The position numbers and the translations under genes were made by a program. Under the pieces are notes generated by a model that made no database searches, had not been told where the DNA came from, and worked only from the letters and a program-made list of their open reading frames with translations. Shown in pieces: positions 60,621-64,000 of a stretch of 64,000 bases of DNA. How positions within the stretch are numbered: position 1 is the first letter of the stretch; each line of letters starts with the position of its first letter. The stretch is from Octopus bimaculoides. Its lineage: Eukaryota. The stretch is from positions 25,919,368 to 25,983,367 of the forward strand of contig NC_068999.1 of assembly GCF_001194135.2 (NCBI RefSeq). The letters are read 5' to 3'.

Positions 60621-61141
60621 CTCCAACCAACTTCTGCTTTGTAAGCCAATAAGATTACTTCTATCTTAAATTCTCAGTCTGCTAACGGTTTGTATCCAGA
60701 AAACCCTATTATCATATAAATTGGGAGCATAGCCAAAAGTACTGTTAAATATAACTAAATGCTTAATGGTAGAACATTCTTTTAGAACATTATTTTTTTT
60801 AGTCTAATAAGTGAAATAGCTGTTATTTTTGTATTTGAGAATATTGATTTAGTTGTGTCTGGTTTAAAAAATAATTAAATAAAATAACAAAGTTTACTAT
60901 ATTAAGCAGGAAAGATACAATTGGTCAGTCATTAAGATATTGTTTTTGCACTTACTTATTGGTTTCAAATTTTAAACACTCCTACAGGAAGTGTCTGTCT
61001 ATGAATAACATCTATTATTCCAGTTAAGTGTAGTTTTTTTTTCGGTCCAGTACACTACTAAAGTGAGATCCTATTGTATTTGCAGAACACCACTCCTCTG
61101 AGTTTGTTCAAGCATACACACAAACGCACACATATACACAC

Positions 61142-61249
61142 GATGGGCTTCTTTCAGTTTCTGTCTACCAAATCCACTCACAAGACTTAAGTTGGCCCGA
61201 GGCTATAGATGAAGAAACCTGCTTCTTACCACACAGCCAGGACTGTACC

Positions 61250-61250
<1 letters not shown>
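61142..61250 (-). mobile_element. SINE family A 5' half with internal deletion
   Basis: gggcttctttcagtttctgtctaccaaatccactcacaag...cttcttaccacacagcc is the reverse complement of the family A head and body. Confidence 0.65.
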
Positions 61251-61288
<38 letters not shown>

Positions 61289-61784
61289 TGTTAATGTTGT
61301 TACTATAGATGTGTGTGTATATATGTATGTATGGATGTATGGATGGATGGATGGATACATGGATGGATGCATGGATGCATGGATGCATGCATGGATGGAT
61401 GGATGGATGCATGCATGCATGCATGCCCAGGGGCCTTTTTAAATTTCAGAAAAGAAGTGTTTAGTCAATATCCTCATCAGAAATGTTTCCTGTTGCAAGC
61501 TTGGAATTCCCTATTCTCTGAATAGAACCAAGCCAACAGCTTTGTAAATCATTATGGTGGAAGGAATGTAAGGGAAATAACCCTGTCCCTACCTGCAGGG
61601 TCATTCTAGATGTATATTTTTTTTGTTCACAAAACTGACCATGACGTTTCCCTCCCTCCAGTTATAGAAAGGTTATGTGCCTTCAGCCATTTCAGTCTGA
61701 TGAGTCACCTATACAGTAAAGTGCTTTATAAGTGTGAAACCAATGGTCACTCTCTGAGCAGCCATAACAATCAACCTTCTACAA

Positions 61785-61838
<54 letters not shown>

Positions 61839-61845
61839 TGCTGCT

Positions 61846-62010
61846 GTGATGTAAAAAGCACCTACTGCACACTGCTGAAAAGTGATTGTCATTAACAATC
61901 CAGCAGTAGAGCCCATGCCAAAGTAGACAGTAGAGCGTGATGTGGTCCTCTGGCTCACCAGCTCCTGTCAAACACTCCAACCCATGGAAAATGGATGCTA
62001 AATGATGATG
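61846..62010 (+). mobile_element. Degenerate RTE-type 3' tail
   Basis: gtaaaagcacctact...ccaacccatggaaaatggatgctaaatgatgatgat. Confidence 0.55.
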
Positions 62011-62303
62011 ATATATATTCATATATGCATGTGTGTGTGTGTGTGTGTGTGTGTGTGAGACACACACACACACACACACACATATGCATATACACATCAG
62101 GGAAATGGCAAAAGTGTTGGACAAGCTGTTCTCTCTCAAATCCAATGACATACAGATGTCTCACTACGAACTCAAGAGACCTGGTGAATAAACTACTTCA
62201 TGTCATGTTGTCAAAAATCAGATGCACAAATACAAGGCTGAAAGTAAAACAGAACAATCTGGATGAATGTGAGATTGCTATCATCTGACATGATGAGGCA
62301 ATC

Positions 62304-62344
<41 letters not shown>

Positions 62345-64000
62345 GTATGTATGTAAGTATGTATGTTTGCATGTATGTTCATTATTATCATTTAACGTCT
62401 ATTTTCCATACTGGCATGGATAAACAAATCCATAGATAGATCACTGTTAGTTTTACTAACTGAGCAGAATATATTTTGCATAGGAGGTCTCATAACATAA
62501 AATATGTTCCCAGTGGGCTTAAAAACTAGATACATTTTTATACTGCATCATCTATATTTTCAAAAACTTCAATTAACTGATATTATCTGAGTTATCTTCC
62601 TTTGTTGTTTTTAGATTCTAAACCCAAACGGAGGTTTTTGTTTACTTGGACAATCTTAGTTAATCGGAATTTTTAAACTCACTATATTATGTGTGTGAAA
62701 CCTAGCATATTTCATAAAGATGTCAGCTTACTATGCAAAAGATCATATAGAATCTCCAGTGCTTCCCTTCGTCCTTGACAAACAGGCTTAAATTTCTGCA
62801 TCTCTCAAACTAAAAATACTAATTTCCACTGGTCTGAAATTAGACACCACTGACACGTGCAGTTCACTGGTATATACATCTAGGACACTTTACAATGTAC
62901 AAGTGTTACTGCATGAATTAAATGTGGACTTGCTGGGAAACCATTAAAATATATCTTCTTTGAATCCCTATATTAAAAGAAAGTCATCACTGATGCTGCA
63001 ACAATCAACTGGATTAGGATGCATTTGTGTTTCATATCTAACATGTTGTCCATAAGGATTACCAAACACTTATTTAGATAATCCTGTGCCACAAGTCTGT
63101 TAATCTTGGCTGACTTATACAACAATCTAATTACAAGCAACTGTTGCTGCATCTGCTGCAAAAAATACTACTGCTCCTGCTACTACTGTTACCACTGCTG
63201 CTGCTACTACTACTACTGTTACTACTACTGTTGCTGCTCCTGCTACTGGCAATATTGATTTTTCAAAGAAGCACAAGGTTCATGTTTGTGGGTTTATTCT
63301 GGTAGATTCACCCCAATTTATAGTATTTTGCATATTATTTAAGTTTCCTATTTTTATTAAATATGCTATATACATATTATTTTTTATATTTGGATTCAGA
63401 AGTATAAGACATGAAATTGAATTAAAAATAAACAAGGGCAAAAGCATATACTATGCTACATTTAATCTAACCTGCACACCTTTATTCAGAGGTGGAATCT
63501 TGATTTTAGCTTCAAATACATTATAATCTGTTCTACTTTATCATATTGAGTCTTTTTTTCATTTAATTGCATACTCATTCTTATAGTTATTTATGCATTT
63601 TATACACACACACACATTACTTTTTAATGTTATCTCTTCAGATTTTCAATAGAAATTAGAGCCACCACTGATTTGTTATGACATTTCATACATGAATACA
63701 TCTAATGCAAACAATGTGATCAAAGACAGAAAAATAGATAGTGGGCATATATGCACTTTTCAGTTCTTACTCCTTCTTCAGCACCACATCCAACCCATTA
63801 ACCATCCACAAGCATATTGCTTGAATAACCATCAAAAATAGCAGTATAACATTATTGAATATACCAATGCAACTATGTTTAATGAATACAGGGATATATG
63901 TGAGTTCCTTCAAGTTTTCATGTTTTGATAGTGCAGTAATCAAATGGGCATGCATAGTGTAGTGTACACAATCTGGCCACATTCAGGCTGAAATGACATA

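Noticed and set aside
63767-63987. Minus-strand exon-like block or possible NUMT
   Set aside because: No frame is open from acceptor to donor, and reading TGA as Trp gives no recognisable mitochondrial protein.

Overview
AT-rich, microsatellite-laden, repeat-dense animal genomic DNA with several N gaps. The repeat families look like those of a coleoid cephalopod, probably Octopus (recognised from memory, not a database match). One host gene is well supported although the ORF track largely misses it: an AIF1/Iba1-like EF-hand gene on the minus strand. Four GT-AG exons (25904-25843, 19092-19026, 17350-17309, 4950-4788; 62/67/42/163 nt) splice in frame. Its first and last coding exons were not found. 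Most of the rest is mobile DNA: Penelope-like elements (PLEs) of three apparent clades (Neptune-, Naiad- and Penelope/Poseidon-like, three of them with internal inversions), RTE, CRE-like and R4/Dong-like LINE fragments, a DD37D Tc1/mariner, a Chapaev3-like transposon, a Helitron, a Gypsy remnant, piggyBac/Sola/mariner MITEs, Helentron-like elements and several tRNA-derived SINE families. The most interesting signals are minimal type-I hammerhead ribozyme motifs at PLE 3' ends (9687, 12926, 54168), a PLE 3' end with a tRNA-like Pol III module just upstream of its hammerhead and no terminator in between, and a non-coding direct-repeat dimer with hammerhead-like motifs (26870-27885) resembling a retrozyme. 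No CRISPR array, rRNA or genuine tRNA gene was seen.
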